From the human T2T-CHM13v2.0 reference genome, Homo sapiens: a stretch of DNA of 64,000 bases. The translations under genes and the position numbers were made by a program. The notes under the pieces are model-generated. The model had not been told where the DNA came from. It saw only the letters and a program-made list of their open reading frames with translations, and did not search any database. Below, in pieces: positions 38,646 to 51,720 of this stretch (positions are counted from its first letter, which is position 1; every line of letters begins with the position of its first letter). The stretch is taken from NCBI RefSeq assembly GCF_009914755.1, contig NC_060928.1. One strand, given 5' to 3'.

Positions 38646-41600
38646 ATATGTTGACTTCGAAACCTTTGGCCTGACTTCTGGTTTCCAGTTCACCATGGAA
38701 GAAGCTAGAAGTTGCCACTTTATTCTAACAACAAGTAAGAAGCTTAACCAACTGAAAGTCAGCATCTCTTCTTAGATTCATCATCAAGGGGAGGTCACAG
38801 TGCAGCCCCCTGCCCTAAAAGTTGGGGAGACCAATAGGTAAATGTAGAGAACTGTGACTTTCCAGAAGCCAATAAGCACAAATCTTCATGGAAAACAGTG
38901 CTGAAATAGAGACACCTGAAGTATAACTGACAAATTGCTGGATGCTTATTGTAGACAAGGCTGAGAGATAAAATCTCAAGGGTAACTCAGTCACTTGAGC
39001 TTTATTTTAGGAGCTCAACAAGGTTCTTACAGCGAGTATTGGAGGAAAATCCCCTTGTATTTTGGCAGCAAGAGAGAAAAAAGGAACTATTTTGAAATGG
39101 CCAGAGCATTCTGCTCTTAACAAGGCCTGTCCTCCAGGGAAACCATTTAATTAAAGACTAACTGATCAGGGGAAAGGAAAATATCCAACAGCAGATGGTT
39201 CTAGACTAACATGTGGAAGAAGGGAAATACCCAACTTCAGCTTGCCCTAGCTATTCTGTCCAACAGGAGGGGAGAAAAACTGAGAAGTACATTTGAAGTT
39301 TACACTCCAGAGTTAAAAGTTAATAAAACAAGTAAGACCTTCTCACAGAACTATACAACACTTTCCCCCTCCACACATCTTACCACTGCATCAGTAAAGG
39401 ATTATTTATAACAGTTAATTTTACCCAGTGTGTCATGCCTGGCTATGAAGAAAAATATACTAGCCACACTAAAAAGCAAAAACACAGTTTGAAGAGTCAG
39501 GTCAAGCAAGCATATCAACCAGACTCAGATATTTCAAGAATATTAAAATCCTCAGAATGGGAATTTAAAAGAACTATGAGTAAAATGCTAAACGAACTAA
39601 TGAATAAAGTAAAACACATGTAAAAACAGATGGCTGATGGAAGCAGAGAGATGTATTAGAACAAAGAACAAAAGAGAAATGCTAGATATATAAAAAAAAT
39701 ACTGTAACAGAAATGAAGAAATGCCTTTGATGGACTTCATGGTAAGCTGGACATAGCTGAAGAAAGAATTCCTGAGCTTGAGGATGTCTTAATAGAAACT
39801 GCCAAAACTTAAAAACAGAGATAAAAAAGACTGAAGAAACATAACAGAATATTCAGGAATGATAGAACAACTCCAAAAGGTATAACATATATGTAATGAA
39901 AGTTCCAGAGGAAGAAGATAGAAAAGAAGAGAAAAATGTGAGCTAATGACTCAGAATTTCCCCCCAATTAATATTAGACACCAAACCACTACACAGGAAA
40001 CTCAAAAAAGTACCAGGCAAGTTACATTCCTCAAAACCCACACCTAGCTATGTAACTTTTAAACTATAGAAAACCAAAGACAAAGACAAAATCTCAAAAG
40101 AAAACAGAGGGAGAAAACACATTACTTATAAAGGAGAAAAGACAAGAATTACATTAAATTTCTCCTCAGAAGGCATATAAGCAAAAGAAGAGTGTAGCAA
40201 ACTATTTAAAGTGTTGAGAGAAAAAAACCCATGAGCTAGAAGTCTATACACTGAAAAATTGTCCTTCAAGAGTGAAGGAGAAATAAAGACAAAAATTGAG
40301 GGAATCTGTTGCCACCAGGCATACCTTGCAAGAAATATTAAAAGAAATTCTTCAGAGAGAAGGGAAATTATAAAGGTCAGAAACTCAGATCTAATAAAAT
40401 AAAGTAAGAGTGACGAAGAAGATATAAGTTAGGGTAACATAAAAGCTTTAACTTTTCTTATTCTTAATTAACCTAACATGATAGTTTGTTCAAAATAGTA
40501 ATAGCAATTGTGTATTTGATTACGTGTGTGTGTGTTTGTGTATATATGTACATATATATGGTTATATATAGGGAAATGAATGACAGCAATAATATGCAGG
40601 AAAGAAAAAAGAATTAGGATAATTTTTATTATGAAGTACTCACACTACTCATGAAAAGGTAGAATATTACTTGAAGATAAATGGTACACGGTAAAACACA
40701 GAATATTGTAACACTGTAGTTGTGGTATATAAACTACTCATACCTTTAGTAGAAAGACTAAAAGAATAACCTATCAAAAGTAACAACTACAACAATTTTT
40801 CAAGACATAGTATAATAAAATATGAACAGGAACACAAGTTAAAAAGCAGTGAGTGGAGGATGAAGTAAAGGTGTCGTTTTTATTAGCTTTATATTCACGT
40901 ATTAGTTTGTGCAATCACTGTTAAGCTGTCATCAGTTTAAAATAATTGATTATAAAATGTTACTTCCAAGCCTCATGGTAACCTCAAATCAAAAAACTTA
41001 CAACAGATACACAAAAATTAAAAAGCAAAAAATTAAAACATAGCACCAGAGAAAATCATCATCAAAAAAAAGGAAGACAGGAAGGAAAGAAGGAAGGGAA
41101 GACAGGAGAAAGGGAGGAAGGGAACACCCAAACACTAAATCAGAAAACAAATAAAATGGAAGTAGTAAGTCCTTGCTTAATAGTAATATTGAAAGTGTAT
41201 GGACAAAGTCCCCCACTCAAAAGACATAGAGTGACTGAATGGGTTAAAAAACAAGAACAATCTCTTGCCTACAAGAAAGACACTTAACCTATAAAGACAC
41301 ATATAGTTTGAAAATTAAGGGATGGAAAAATATTTTATGCAACTGAAAACCAAAACAAGAGAAAGAGTTGGTATACTTAGACAAAATTAACTTCAAAACA
41401 AAAACTATACAAAGATGCAAAGAAGGTCATTATATAATGACAAAGGATTCAATTCAATAAGAGTACAAAATAATTGTAAATATATATGCACTCAACACTG
41501 GAGTACCCAGATACAAATAGCAAATATTAGAGCTACAGAGACAAATGGACCCCAGTACAATAATAGTTGGAGACATTAACATCTCACTTTCAGCATTGGA

Positions 41601-42674
41601 CAGAAAACCCAGACAGAAAATCAGCAAAGAAACATTGGACTTAATCTGTCCTATAGATTAGATAGTCCTTACAGATATGTACAGAACATTTCATTCAATG
41701 GCTACAGAATATACATTCTTCTTAGCACACAGATCATTCTCAAGGACAGGCCATATGTTAGGCACAAAACAAGTCTTAACTAAATTTAAAAAAAAATGTA
41801 TCAAGTATCTTCTCTGACCACAATGGAATAAAACTAGAAATCAATAACAAGAACTTTGGAAACTATACAAACACATGGAAATGACACAGCATGCTTCTGA
41901 ATGACCAATGGATCAATGAAGAAATTAAGAAAGATGAATATATTTTTTGAACCAAACTAAAATGGAAATGCAACATACCAAAACCTATGGAATATAACAA
42001 AAGCAGTAGTAAGAGGAAAGTTTATAGCAATAAGTGCCTACATCTCAAAAGTAGAAATACTTAATATAAAAAAATTAATGATCCATCTTAAAGAACCAGA
42101 AAAGCAATAGCAAACTGACCCAAAATTAGTAGAAGAAAGAAATAATAAAGATCAGAGGAGAAATATATAAAATTGAAATGAAAAACATCAATGAAATTTA
42201 AAATTGTTTTTTAAAAAAATAAAATCAACAAAACTTTAGCCAGCCTAAGAAAAAAAAAAGTGAGAAAAGACCCAAATAAAGAAAATCAGACATTAAAAAG
42301 GAGACATTACTACTGATAACCACACAAATCTTATGGACCTTTAAAGGCTACCGTGAGCAACTATGTGCCAACAATTGGAAATCTTAAAAGAAGTAGATAA
42401 ATTCCTAGATACATACAACATACCATTATTGAACCATTAGTAAACCTAAAACTGAATAGACCAATAATAAGTAATGAGATCAAAGCTGTAGTAAAAAGTC
42501 TCTCAGAAAAAAAAAAAGCAGCCTAGGACCCAATGGCTTCTCTACTGATCTTTGTCAAACATTTGAAAGGGCTAATACCAGTCCTACTCAAACTAAACCA
42601 GAAAATAAAAGAAGGGAAGATTCTTCTAAACTTACTCTACAATGCCAGTATTACCCTGACACCAAAAGCAGATA

Positions 42675-42699
42675 CACACACACACACACACACACACAC
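42675..42699. repeat. (CA)n microsatellite
   Basis: Direct inspection. Confidence 0.95.
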
Positions 42700-43478
42700 C
42701 CCCCACTATAAGCCAGTGTTCCCGATCAACATTCATGCAAAAATCTTCAACAAAATACTAGTAAATAACATTCAACAACACATTCAAAAGATCATTCATC
42801 ATGACCACAAGGGATTTATCCCAGGGATGCAAAGATGGTTTAACACACTCAAATCAATGTGATAATTATATCAACATAATAATGAACAAAATTCATATGA
42901 TCATTTCAATTGATGCTGAAAAAGCATTTGATAAAATTCAACATCCCTTCAGGATAAAAACTCTCAAAATAATTGATTACAGAAGGAACATACTTCAAAA
43001 CAATAAAAGGCACATATGACAGACCCACAGCTAGTATCATACTGAATAAGGGAAAACTGAAAGCCTTTCCTCTAAAAACTGGAACACCACAAGGATGTTC
43101 ACTTTTACCATTGTGATTCAACATGGTACTGGAAATCCTAGCCAGAGCAATCAGAGAAGAGAAAGAAAGAAAGCACATCCACATAAGAAAGAAAGACATC
43201 AAATTAGCCTTGTTTTCAGGGTAATATGAGTCTGTATTTGGAAAAACCTAAAAACTTCACCAAAAAACCAGTAGAACACATAACAAAATTCAATAAATAT
43301 CAATGACATTCTTCACAGAAAAAAAAAATCCTAAAATTTATACAGAACCACAAAAGACCCAGAATAGTACAAGCTGTCCTGAGCCAAAAGAACAAAAATG
43401 GAGGAATCCCATTACTTGGCTTCAATTATACTACAGCGCTGTAGTAACTCACTACAGAGCTGTAGTAACTCAAACAGC

Positions 43479-43605
43479 CTTTGTCATTTGACCTTGGGCA
43501 AATTAAATAACCTGCAAGAGTTCTATTCTTTTCTATTTGTAAAATAGAAATAAATATGTGTATCACACAAGGCTATTACCAGGATTAAATGGCATAGCAT
43601 ATGTA
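43479..43605 (+). mobile_element. MIR core fragment embedded in L1MA ORF2
   Basis: 'tgaccttgggcaaattaaataacct...tatttgtaaaatagaaataa...aggattaaatg' matches the MIR core. The L1 reads aaacagc|insert|atggtagtggcat. Confidence 0.75.
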
Positions 43606-45329
43606 ATGGTAGTGGCATGAAAACAGACACATTGACCAATGGAACAGAACAGAGAACCCACAAATAAATCCATACATCTACAGTAAGCTCATTTTTGACA
43701 AAGATGTCAAGATCACACATTGGGCTAAAGACAGTCTCTTCAACAAATGATGCTGTGAAAATTGGATAGCTATATGCAGAAGAATGAAATGAGATCCTGC
43801 CTCTCACCATACACAAAAATCAAATCTAAATGGATTTAAGACTTAAATCTAAGACCTCAACCTATGAAACTACTAAAATAAAACATTCGGGAAACCCTTC
43901 AGGACACTGGTCTGGGCAAAAATTTCTTGAGTAATATCCCTAAAGCACAGGCGCCAAAGCAAAAATAGACAAATGGGATCACGACAAGTTAAAAATATTC
44001 TGCATAACAAAGAAAACAATCAACAAAACGAAGAGACAGCAGTCAGAATGGGAAAAAAATTTGCAAATTATCTACCTGACAAGGGATTAATAACCACAAT
44101 ATATAAGGAGCTCAAACAACTCAATTAGAAAACATCTAATAATTCAATTAAAAATGGGCAAAATATCTGAAAAGATATTTCTCAAAAGAAGACATACAAA
44201 TGGCGAACAGGAATTTGAAAAAATCATCAGAGAAATGTAAATTAAAACTACAATGAGGTGCTATCTCATCAGCATTAAAATGGCTTTTATCCATAAGAGC
44301 AACAATGCTAGTGAGGAAGTGGAGAAAAGGAAATCCTCATACACTGTTGGTGGGAATATAAATGAGTATAGCTACTATGGAGAGTTTGGAGGTTCCTCAA
44401 GAAACTATATAAAAATAGAACCACCATATGATCAAGTAATCCCAGTGCTGGGTATATGCCCAAAAGAAAGGAAATCAGCATATCAAAGTGATATCTGTGC
44501 TCCCATGTTTATTGTAGCACTATTCACAACAGCCAAGATTTGGAACCAATCTACATGTCCATTGACAAAAAAAACAGATTAAAAAATATGGTAAATATAC
44601 ACAAAATGGAGTCCTATGCAACCATAAAAAAAATGAAATCCTGTCATTTGCAACAACATCGATAGAACTGGAGGACATTATGTTAAGTGAAATAAACCAG
44701 GCACAGAAAGACAAACTGTGAATGTCTTCACTGACTTGTGGCAGAGGATAATAAAGGTAACGGGGAGCAGGAGAGTTGGGGATGGTTAATGGCTACAAAA
44801 ATATACTTAGAGAAAATGAATAAAATGAGTATATGACAGCACAAACAGGTGATTGCAGTAAACAATAATTTACTGTATCTCTAAAAATAACTGTACCTCT
44901 AAAAATAACTAAGAGAATATAATTGGAATGTTTATAACACAAACAAATGATAAATGCTTGAGGATAAATGCCCATATACCCTGATATGATTATTATGCAT
45001 TGTATTCCTGTATCAAAATATGTCATGTGCTCCATAAATATATACATCTACTATGTATCCATAAAAATTAAAAATAATAAAATAGACTTGAAATAGTTGG
45101 AAATGTATTTGCAAATTCTAGGGAAACCACAAAAATATACAGAAAGAAATATAAATCATATACAAAGAAAATATATACATATAAAAAGCTCGATTACAAT
45201 TAGAAAAGGCAGAAAAAGAGGGCAAAACAAAAATAGGAGCAAAGAACATGGCCAAGAAATAGAAAACAGTAATAAATATGGTAGATATTCATAAAAGTAT
45301 ATCCATAATCACTTTGAATACTGATGGTC

Positions 45330-45495
45330 TAGACAACCATTAATCTACTTTCTGTCACATTTGCCTATTCTGAACATTTCATATGAATGGAATCATAACA
45401 TATGTAGCCTTTTATGATTAGCTTCTTTCATTTAGTATAGTATTTTCAAGATTAATCTATATTGTAATATGTATCAGGGCTTTGTTTATTTTTTT
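45330..45495 (-). mobile_element. L1MB-type 3'UTR fragment
   Basis: 'acaaccattaatctactttctgtc...tttgcctattctgaacatttcatatgaatggaatcata'. Confidence 0.7.
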
Positions 45496-47880
45496 CAATG
45501 TTTTTATTGTTGTAAAATATATACAACAAAGTTTACTACATTAATCACTTTAAGTGTACAGTTCAGTGGTATTAAATACATTCTTAATGTTGTGCAACCA
45601 TCACCACCATCCATCTTGAAATGTATTTTCTTCTTTTAAATCTTTACACCCATTAGACAACACTTTCTCACTTCTCCCTCCTTCCAGTACCTGGCAACTA
45701 CCATTCTACTTTCTGTCTCTATGATTATAATTACTGTAAGTACCTCATGTAAGTGGAATCCTACAGTATTTGCCCTTTTGTGACTAGTTTACTTCACTTA
45801 GCATAATGTCCTCAAGGTTCATTCATGTTATAGCAGATGCCAAAATTTCATTTCTTTTTAAAGCTGAATAATATTCCATTGTATGTCTCTACCATATTTT
45901 GCTTTTCCATTCATCTGTCAATGGAGGCTTAGTTTGCTTCTGCATTTTAGCTAGTGTCAATAATGCTACTGAGATCCTGCTTACAATTCCTTTGAGTTTA
46001 TACTCAGAAGTGGAATTGTTGGATCATGTGGAAGTCTATTTTTATTTTTTTGAGGAACTACCACACTCTTTCCCAGAGAAGCTGTACCACTTTACATTTG
46101 CACTAACAGTGCAAAAGGATTCCAATTTCTCTACATCCTTGCCGACACTTGTTTTTTTTTTTTTTATTTTTTTATCTCTTGTATTTTTGATTTGCATTTC
46201 CCTGATGATTAGTGATGCTGATTTTCTTTTATATGCTTATCAGCCATTTGTGCATACTTCTCAGGTTAAATGTCTGTTCAAATCCTTTACCCATTTTTTT
46301 CATCTTTTTTGTGTGTGTTTGTTTTTGTTGTTGTTGTTGAGCTTTAGGTGTTCTTTTACATTCTGGATTTTACTATTTTGTCAGATACATGATTTACAAA
46401 TAATTTCTCTCATTTTGCGCAATGTCTTTACACTGTTTATAGGATCTTTTGAGGCCCTAAATATTTAAATTGTTATTAAATCCAGTTTGTCAATACTTTC
46501 CTTTGTGCTTAAGCCTTTGGTGTCATATTGAAGAAGTCACTGCTAAATCAAATGTCGTGAAGTTTATGCCCTATGTTTGCTTCTAATAGTTTTAGATATT
46601 ACATTAATGCCTTTGATCCATTTTGAGTTTTTTAAAAATTATTTGCATATGGTATCTACCTCTTTCTTGTGCATGTGGATATTCAGGTTTGCCTTCACCA
46701 TGTGTTGCAAAGACTGCCTTGTGCCCATTGAATGGTTGTGGCGCTTTTGTCAAAATAATTTGAAGATACGTGTAGGATTTATTTCTGGGCTCTCTATTCT
46801 ATTTCATTGTCTGTATGTTTGTCTTAATGCCAGTATCACACAATTTTGATTAATGTAGCTTTATAGTAAGTCTTGACATCAGAAAGTGTGAGTCTTTTAG
46901 CTTTGTTTTTCTTTATAATGATTATTTTATCTATTTGGGTTCCCTTGAAATTCCATGTGAACTTTAGGATGAGCTTTTCTATTTCTGTGGTAAACATCAT
47001 CATAATTTTGACAGGAATTGCATTAAATCTGCAGATAACTTGAGGTAGGATTGGCAATATTCTTAAAAATATTAAGTTTTCCAATCCATAAATATGAAAT
47101 ATATTTCTATTTATTTATGTCTTCTTTAATTTCTTTCACCAATGTTTCATAATTTTCATTCTACAAGTCTTTCACCTTCTTGGTTAAGTTACTTCTCAAG
47201 TATATTATTATTTGTATGCTATGATAAATGAAATTATTTTTATAAATTTCTACTCAAATTGTTTATTTTTAGTGTCTAGAAATATAATGATTTTACCTGT
47301 TGCCTACAACTTCGGGTGAATTATTTGTTAGTTCTAACAGGTCTTTTGCAGAATCTTTAGGATTTTGTACAAATAAGAATATTTCTTCTGTGAATAAAGA
47401 TAATTCTATTTCTATTTCTCTAATTTGAATGTCTTTTGTTTGTATTTCTCTAGGTAATAAACTATGTAAGAAAAACAAAAAGGAAACAATACTTTCTCAT
47501 TTCCCCTCCTTTCAGCACCTGGCAACCACCATTCTACTTTCTGTCTCTATGATTATAAATACTCTAAGTACCTCACATAAGTAGAGGTACCTCTAAGTAC
47601 CTCACATGTTTCTTTTTCTACCTCATTTCTTACCTAGTTTCTCTGGCTAGAATTTTTAATATTACATAAAATAGAAGTGGTGAGAGTAAACGTTTTTGTC
47701 TTCATCTTAGAGAAAAAACTTTTAATTTTTAATCAATAAGTATGATATTTGCTGTGGGTTTTTCAAATATGGCTCTTAATATGTTGCAGCAGTTTCTCTT
47801 CTTCCTCGTTTGTTGAGTTTTATTATAGAAGATTGTTATTTTTTTCAAATGTGTTTTCTACATCAATTGAGATGACCACA
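45496..47880 (-). mobile_element. 5'-truncated L1MB3-like LINE-1
   Basis: 3' end 'taagtgtacagttcagtggtattaaatacattc..tgttgtgcaaccatcaccaccatcc'. Reverse ORF2 remnants (ORF 46836-47084: [16 protein letters not shown]). Confidence 0.8.
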
Positions 47881-49829
47881 CCTATGTACATTCTTCACAA
47901 GGGCAAGTGAGACATTTTCCAGAATAAACAATGTTAGGCTACAAATTGTCTGAATAGATTTAAAATGATAAATAAAACAACGTATCTTGTTCTACCTAAA
48001 TGGGATAAAGTTAACAATCAATCACAAAACATAATCAATAACAAAATTAAAAATAGAAAATTTATGAAATTGTAAAAATTAAACAGCACACTTTTAAACA
48101 ACCAATGGATCAAAGAAGAAAAGTAAATTACAAAATAGATCAAAATAAATAAAAATGAAAACACACACATATGAAAACTTATGGAACAAAGCAAAAGCAG
48201 TGATAAGGTAAGATTTATGGCTATAAACATATTAAAAAACAAGAAACATCTTAAATCAACAACCTAACTTTTCCACTAAAGGAACTAAATAAAAATAAAA
48301 ATCTAAAACTAAAGTTAATAGAAGAAAGAAAATAATAAATATTAGAGGAAAGATAGACAAAATAGGGAATGAAAAGAAAATATAGCAATCAATGAGACCC
48401 AAAGTTTGTTACTTAAAAAGAAAAAATGACAAATTTTTAACTATAGATAAAGAAAATAAAGAAAAAACACTTGAATTACTAAAACCAGAAATGAAAATGA
48501 GAACATCACTATTTAATTTATAGAAATAAAAAGACATATAAGAGAGTACTGTGACCAATTGTATGCCAACAAATTGAGTAACCTACATGAAATGGACAAG
48601 TTTCTAGGAAAAAAAAAATCAGGACTAAATAATAAAGAAATATTAAATCTGAATGGGCCTGTAATTAGTTAGGAGAGGCTATGGAGAGGCAAAAGGCACT
48701 GAAAAACCAACACAATATTGCAGGAGAAAAAAAGGTGGAGGACTGTCACTATTTGACTTCATGACTTACTATAAAGCCAGTAATAAAGACAGTGTAATGT
48801 TGGCAAAATAATAGACAAATAGATTAATGGAATAGAAGGGCGAATCCAAAAATAGACCCACATAGATATAGTCAACTGATCTTTGACAAAAATGTAAGGC
48901 AATACAGTAGGAAAAAAATCTTTTCTACAAATGGTGCTGGAACAACTGGACACTCACATGAAAAAAAATCAAAACTTAGACTTTACACACACCTTTTTTG
49001 AATGTTAACTCAAATGGATTCTATGCTTAAATATAAAATGGAATACTATAAAACTCCTAGAAGATGATGTAAGAGAAAATCTAGAAGATCTAGGGTATGG
49101 CAATGACTTTTTGCATGCAACACCGAGGCACAACCCACAAAAGAAGAAAGCTGATGAGCTGAACTTTATTAAGATTAATAACTTCTGTGAAAGGCCAGTT
49201 CTCAGTCAAAGATCAGTGGTTGCCAGTGGTTAGGGATAAATAAGTGGAGAATAGAGGAGTTTTAGGTCAGTGAAATGACTCTGCATGATACCATAATGGT
49301 GGATACATGTCACTATATATTTGTCCAAATCAATAGAAAGTAAAACGCCAAGATCTAACCCTAATGTAAACTATGGGCTTTGGGTAATAATAATGCATCA
49401 GTGTCATTTATCAATTTTCACAAATGTACTAGTTTGGTGGGGGAGGCTAATAATAGCAAAGGTTATGCACGTGCACATGCAGAAATATATTGAAAATCTC
49501 TGTACCTTCCACTCAATTTTTATCTGAACCTAAAACTGGTCCAAAAGTGTTCTATTTAAAAATGATGTTTTATAATAAAACTAAAACTACACAACAGATT
49601 AAATTCAATTTACCAGTTTATATAATGCAGAAGATAAAATGACCTTGAGTCTGAACAAAGAATATTAAATATGCATTCTAAATCTATACAAAACTTGAGA
49701 GAGCATCATGTTGAAATAGTCAGGACTTTGTCTTACATTCTATTAAATGAGCATTAAGCTAACTGATTATCTAAGGCCCTTCCAGATCTAAGATTCTTTT
49801 TTTTTCCCCCTCTACATTGTCAAAGAAGG

Positions 49830-50185
49830 AGCCATCAAAAAAACAAGGGCTGGGTTAGGTGGCCCTTGTAATTCATGTAATGGAGAGTAATTGAAGGACT
49901 TTCTTTAAGTAATAACATAGTGAGTTCTTAATAGCATAATGTTATTAAAAGATCAGTATGATCGGAGAGTAGCAATGGCAGATACAGAACTGGCAACTTT
50001 TTGTTTTGAATGATAAAGAGAGCTGGGGGAGGGAAATATCCAGGCTTGGACAATTGGGGTCATAGAAGTAACATTCACTAAAATAGTGAACATTGAAAAG
50101 TGGAAAGGGGGTTAGTTAGAGTTGAGAGGAGAAACAGATGCATTTTGTTTTGCACAAGTGCAGTTTGATGAGGTATGTTGGGTAT
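49830..50185 (-). mobile_element. L2 fragment
   Basis: Purine-rich reverse-L2 text 'ggcttggacaattgggg...cattcactaaaatagtgaaca...ttttgttttgcacaagtgcagtttga'. Confidence 0.5.
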
Positions 50186-50249
50186 AAGATTAAGTACTTG
50201 ATTTGAATTATTTGATGTATTGAGGTAATGAAGAAAAAATATTTTAAAG

Positions 50250-50420
50250 TTTTAAAATGTATTACCAAATTACTCTTTAAAATGTTTTTACAATTTATCA
50301 TATCCACTGTCATAATATGAGAGTGCCTATTTTTCCACACCATTGCCAGGTGGTAATATTTGATATTTATAAAGAGGTTTGTCAATTTTATGGAGTAAAA
50401 CAAAAATGACACATTTCATG
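50250..50420 (-). mobile_element. Old L1M fragment
   Basis: 'caatttatcatatccactgtcataatatgagagtgcctatttttccacaccattgccag'. Confidence 0.5.
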
Positions 50421-50644
50421 AAAGAAACATAGTAGAAGATTGCTTTAGAAAGCTTAGTTGATGGTATAAATTTTATCTGAAGATGGCATAACTGGCTATA
50501 AATGGTGAAATAATAGACATTGCAAATCATGAGTTGTAATGTTTGTTCTTTGGGTCACAAAACACAGAAGCCTCAATTATAGATTTGGTGAATATGAACT
50601 GATTGTGAAATAAAAATTACCTATCAGAGCAAGTATTTGTGACT

Positions 50645-51185
50645 TGATATATTAGATATTAATTTCCATATAACCAATCACCAAAAACCTAAAATCACAT
50701 ACATTTATTATCTGACAACATCTATAGGTCAGGAATCTAAGCAAGGCTTGGGTGGATCTTGGGCTCAGGGTCTTAAAAGACTGCTAACAAGCTATGAGCT
50801 GGACCACATTCTTTCTGGAGCTCAACGTTCAAGCTCACATGATTGTTGGTAGAATTCAATTTCTTGTGGTTGAAGGATTGAGGCCCTCATTTTCTTGCTA
50901 ACTATCAGGCAGGTGTTGCCCTCAGCTCCTGGTGCCCACCTTTAGTTTCTTGACTGTGGCCTTCTCACAGCATGCAGCTTACTTTCTCAAGGCCAGTAGA
51001 AGAATCTTATTCTTGTTTGCTGAAAGAGGGTCTTACATAAGTAACCTAATCTAGAGAGTGACTATCCTACCACTTTTTTATATTCTACTGCCTGGAAGCG
51101 ACTTACACATTTTGCCCACACTTAACGGGAGGGAATGATACAAGCACATAATTCTTTACGGGTCCCACTAGGGTATATATATTAA
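50645..51185 (-). mobile_element. MLT1E-like MaLR LTR
   Basis: 'catttattatct...ggtcaggaatct...gctcagggtct...ttgttggtagaattcaatttcttg...gggagggaatgataca'. Confidence 0.75.
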
Positions 51186-51244
51186 AACTACTCTTCAAAA
51201 ATACCAAAATGAATTTTTCTCACAGTGGAAATAGAATCACTCTA

Positions 51245-51720
51245 TGCCTTAGGAAATGTGTAGCTACAAGGAACAGCATACCTTTATAAAAATAAATAAA
51301 AATTAAGAGGGTTTATTATCTCATAGGGTGAGAAGAATAATGGTAGAGAAATTCCAACACTGATGTTTCATCTTAATGAAGTAGCTGATGATGGTGGTGG
51401 TTGTCATCGGTTCCTTATGCCATCCTCAACACACAGGCTGTCTTTCCCGTCATGGTCACAAATGCAACTCAATCAGTTACAGGCTTCATGTACAGACATA
51501 AAGCAGTGAAGAGATATGATGTGTTTAATTCACTTTAAACAAGGAGAAAAATTTCCCAAGAATTCTCTGATCCCATTGGTCAGGACTGTTTACACAGCAA
51601 GCACTAGGAGGAAGGGAATCTGGGAAAGTCTATGGCATTCTCAGGTTCTATAATTTTAGAAAGAAGGCTTCCATCAATGGGACAAGGAGAATGGCTATTG
51701 GGTAGAACAGAAGCAGAAAC
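51245..51720 (-). mobile_element. Degenerate MLT1J/K-like LTR
   Basis: 'gccatcctcaaca...catggtcacaaatg...cccattggtcaggactg...gggaatctgggaaag...tggctattgggtag'. Confidence 0.5.

Larger units (their letters stand above)
40678..45082 (+). mobile_element. 5'-truncated L1MA1/2-like LINE-1
   Basis: EN/RT remnants (ORFs 42533 and 42801: [17 protein letters not shown]) and a 3'UTR 'gtatcaaaatatgtcatgtgctccataaatatatacatctactatgtatccataaaaattaaaaat'. Internal deletion near 43300. Confidence 0.85.
38675..49565 (+). mobile_element. Fragmented L1MC1-like LINE-1 (pieces ~38675-40677, 45080-45330, 47880-49565) hosting younger L1s
   Basis: 5'UTR/ORF1 remnants, inter-ORF text resuming at ~45080, ORF2 pieces, and an L1MC-type 3'UTR 'aaccctaatgtaaactatgggctttgggt...aaatctctgtaccttcc'. 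That the pieces form one element is inferred from their colinearity. Confidence 0.65.

Noticed and set aside
45899-46468. Longest ORF (189 aa)
   Set aside because: It is the antisense reading of a decayed L1, with a non-ATG start and low-complexity F/L-rich translation.
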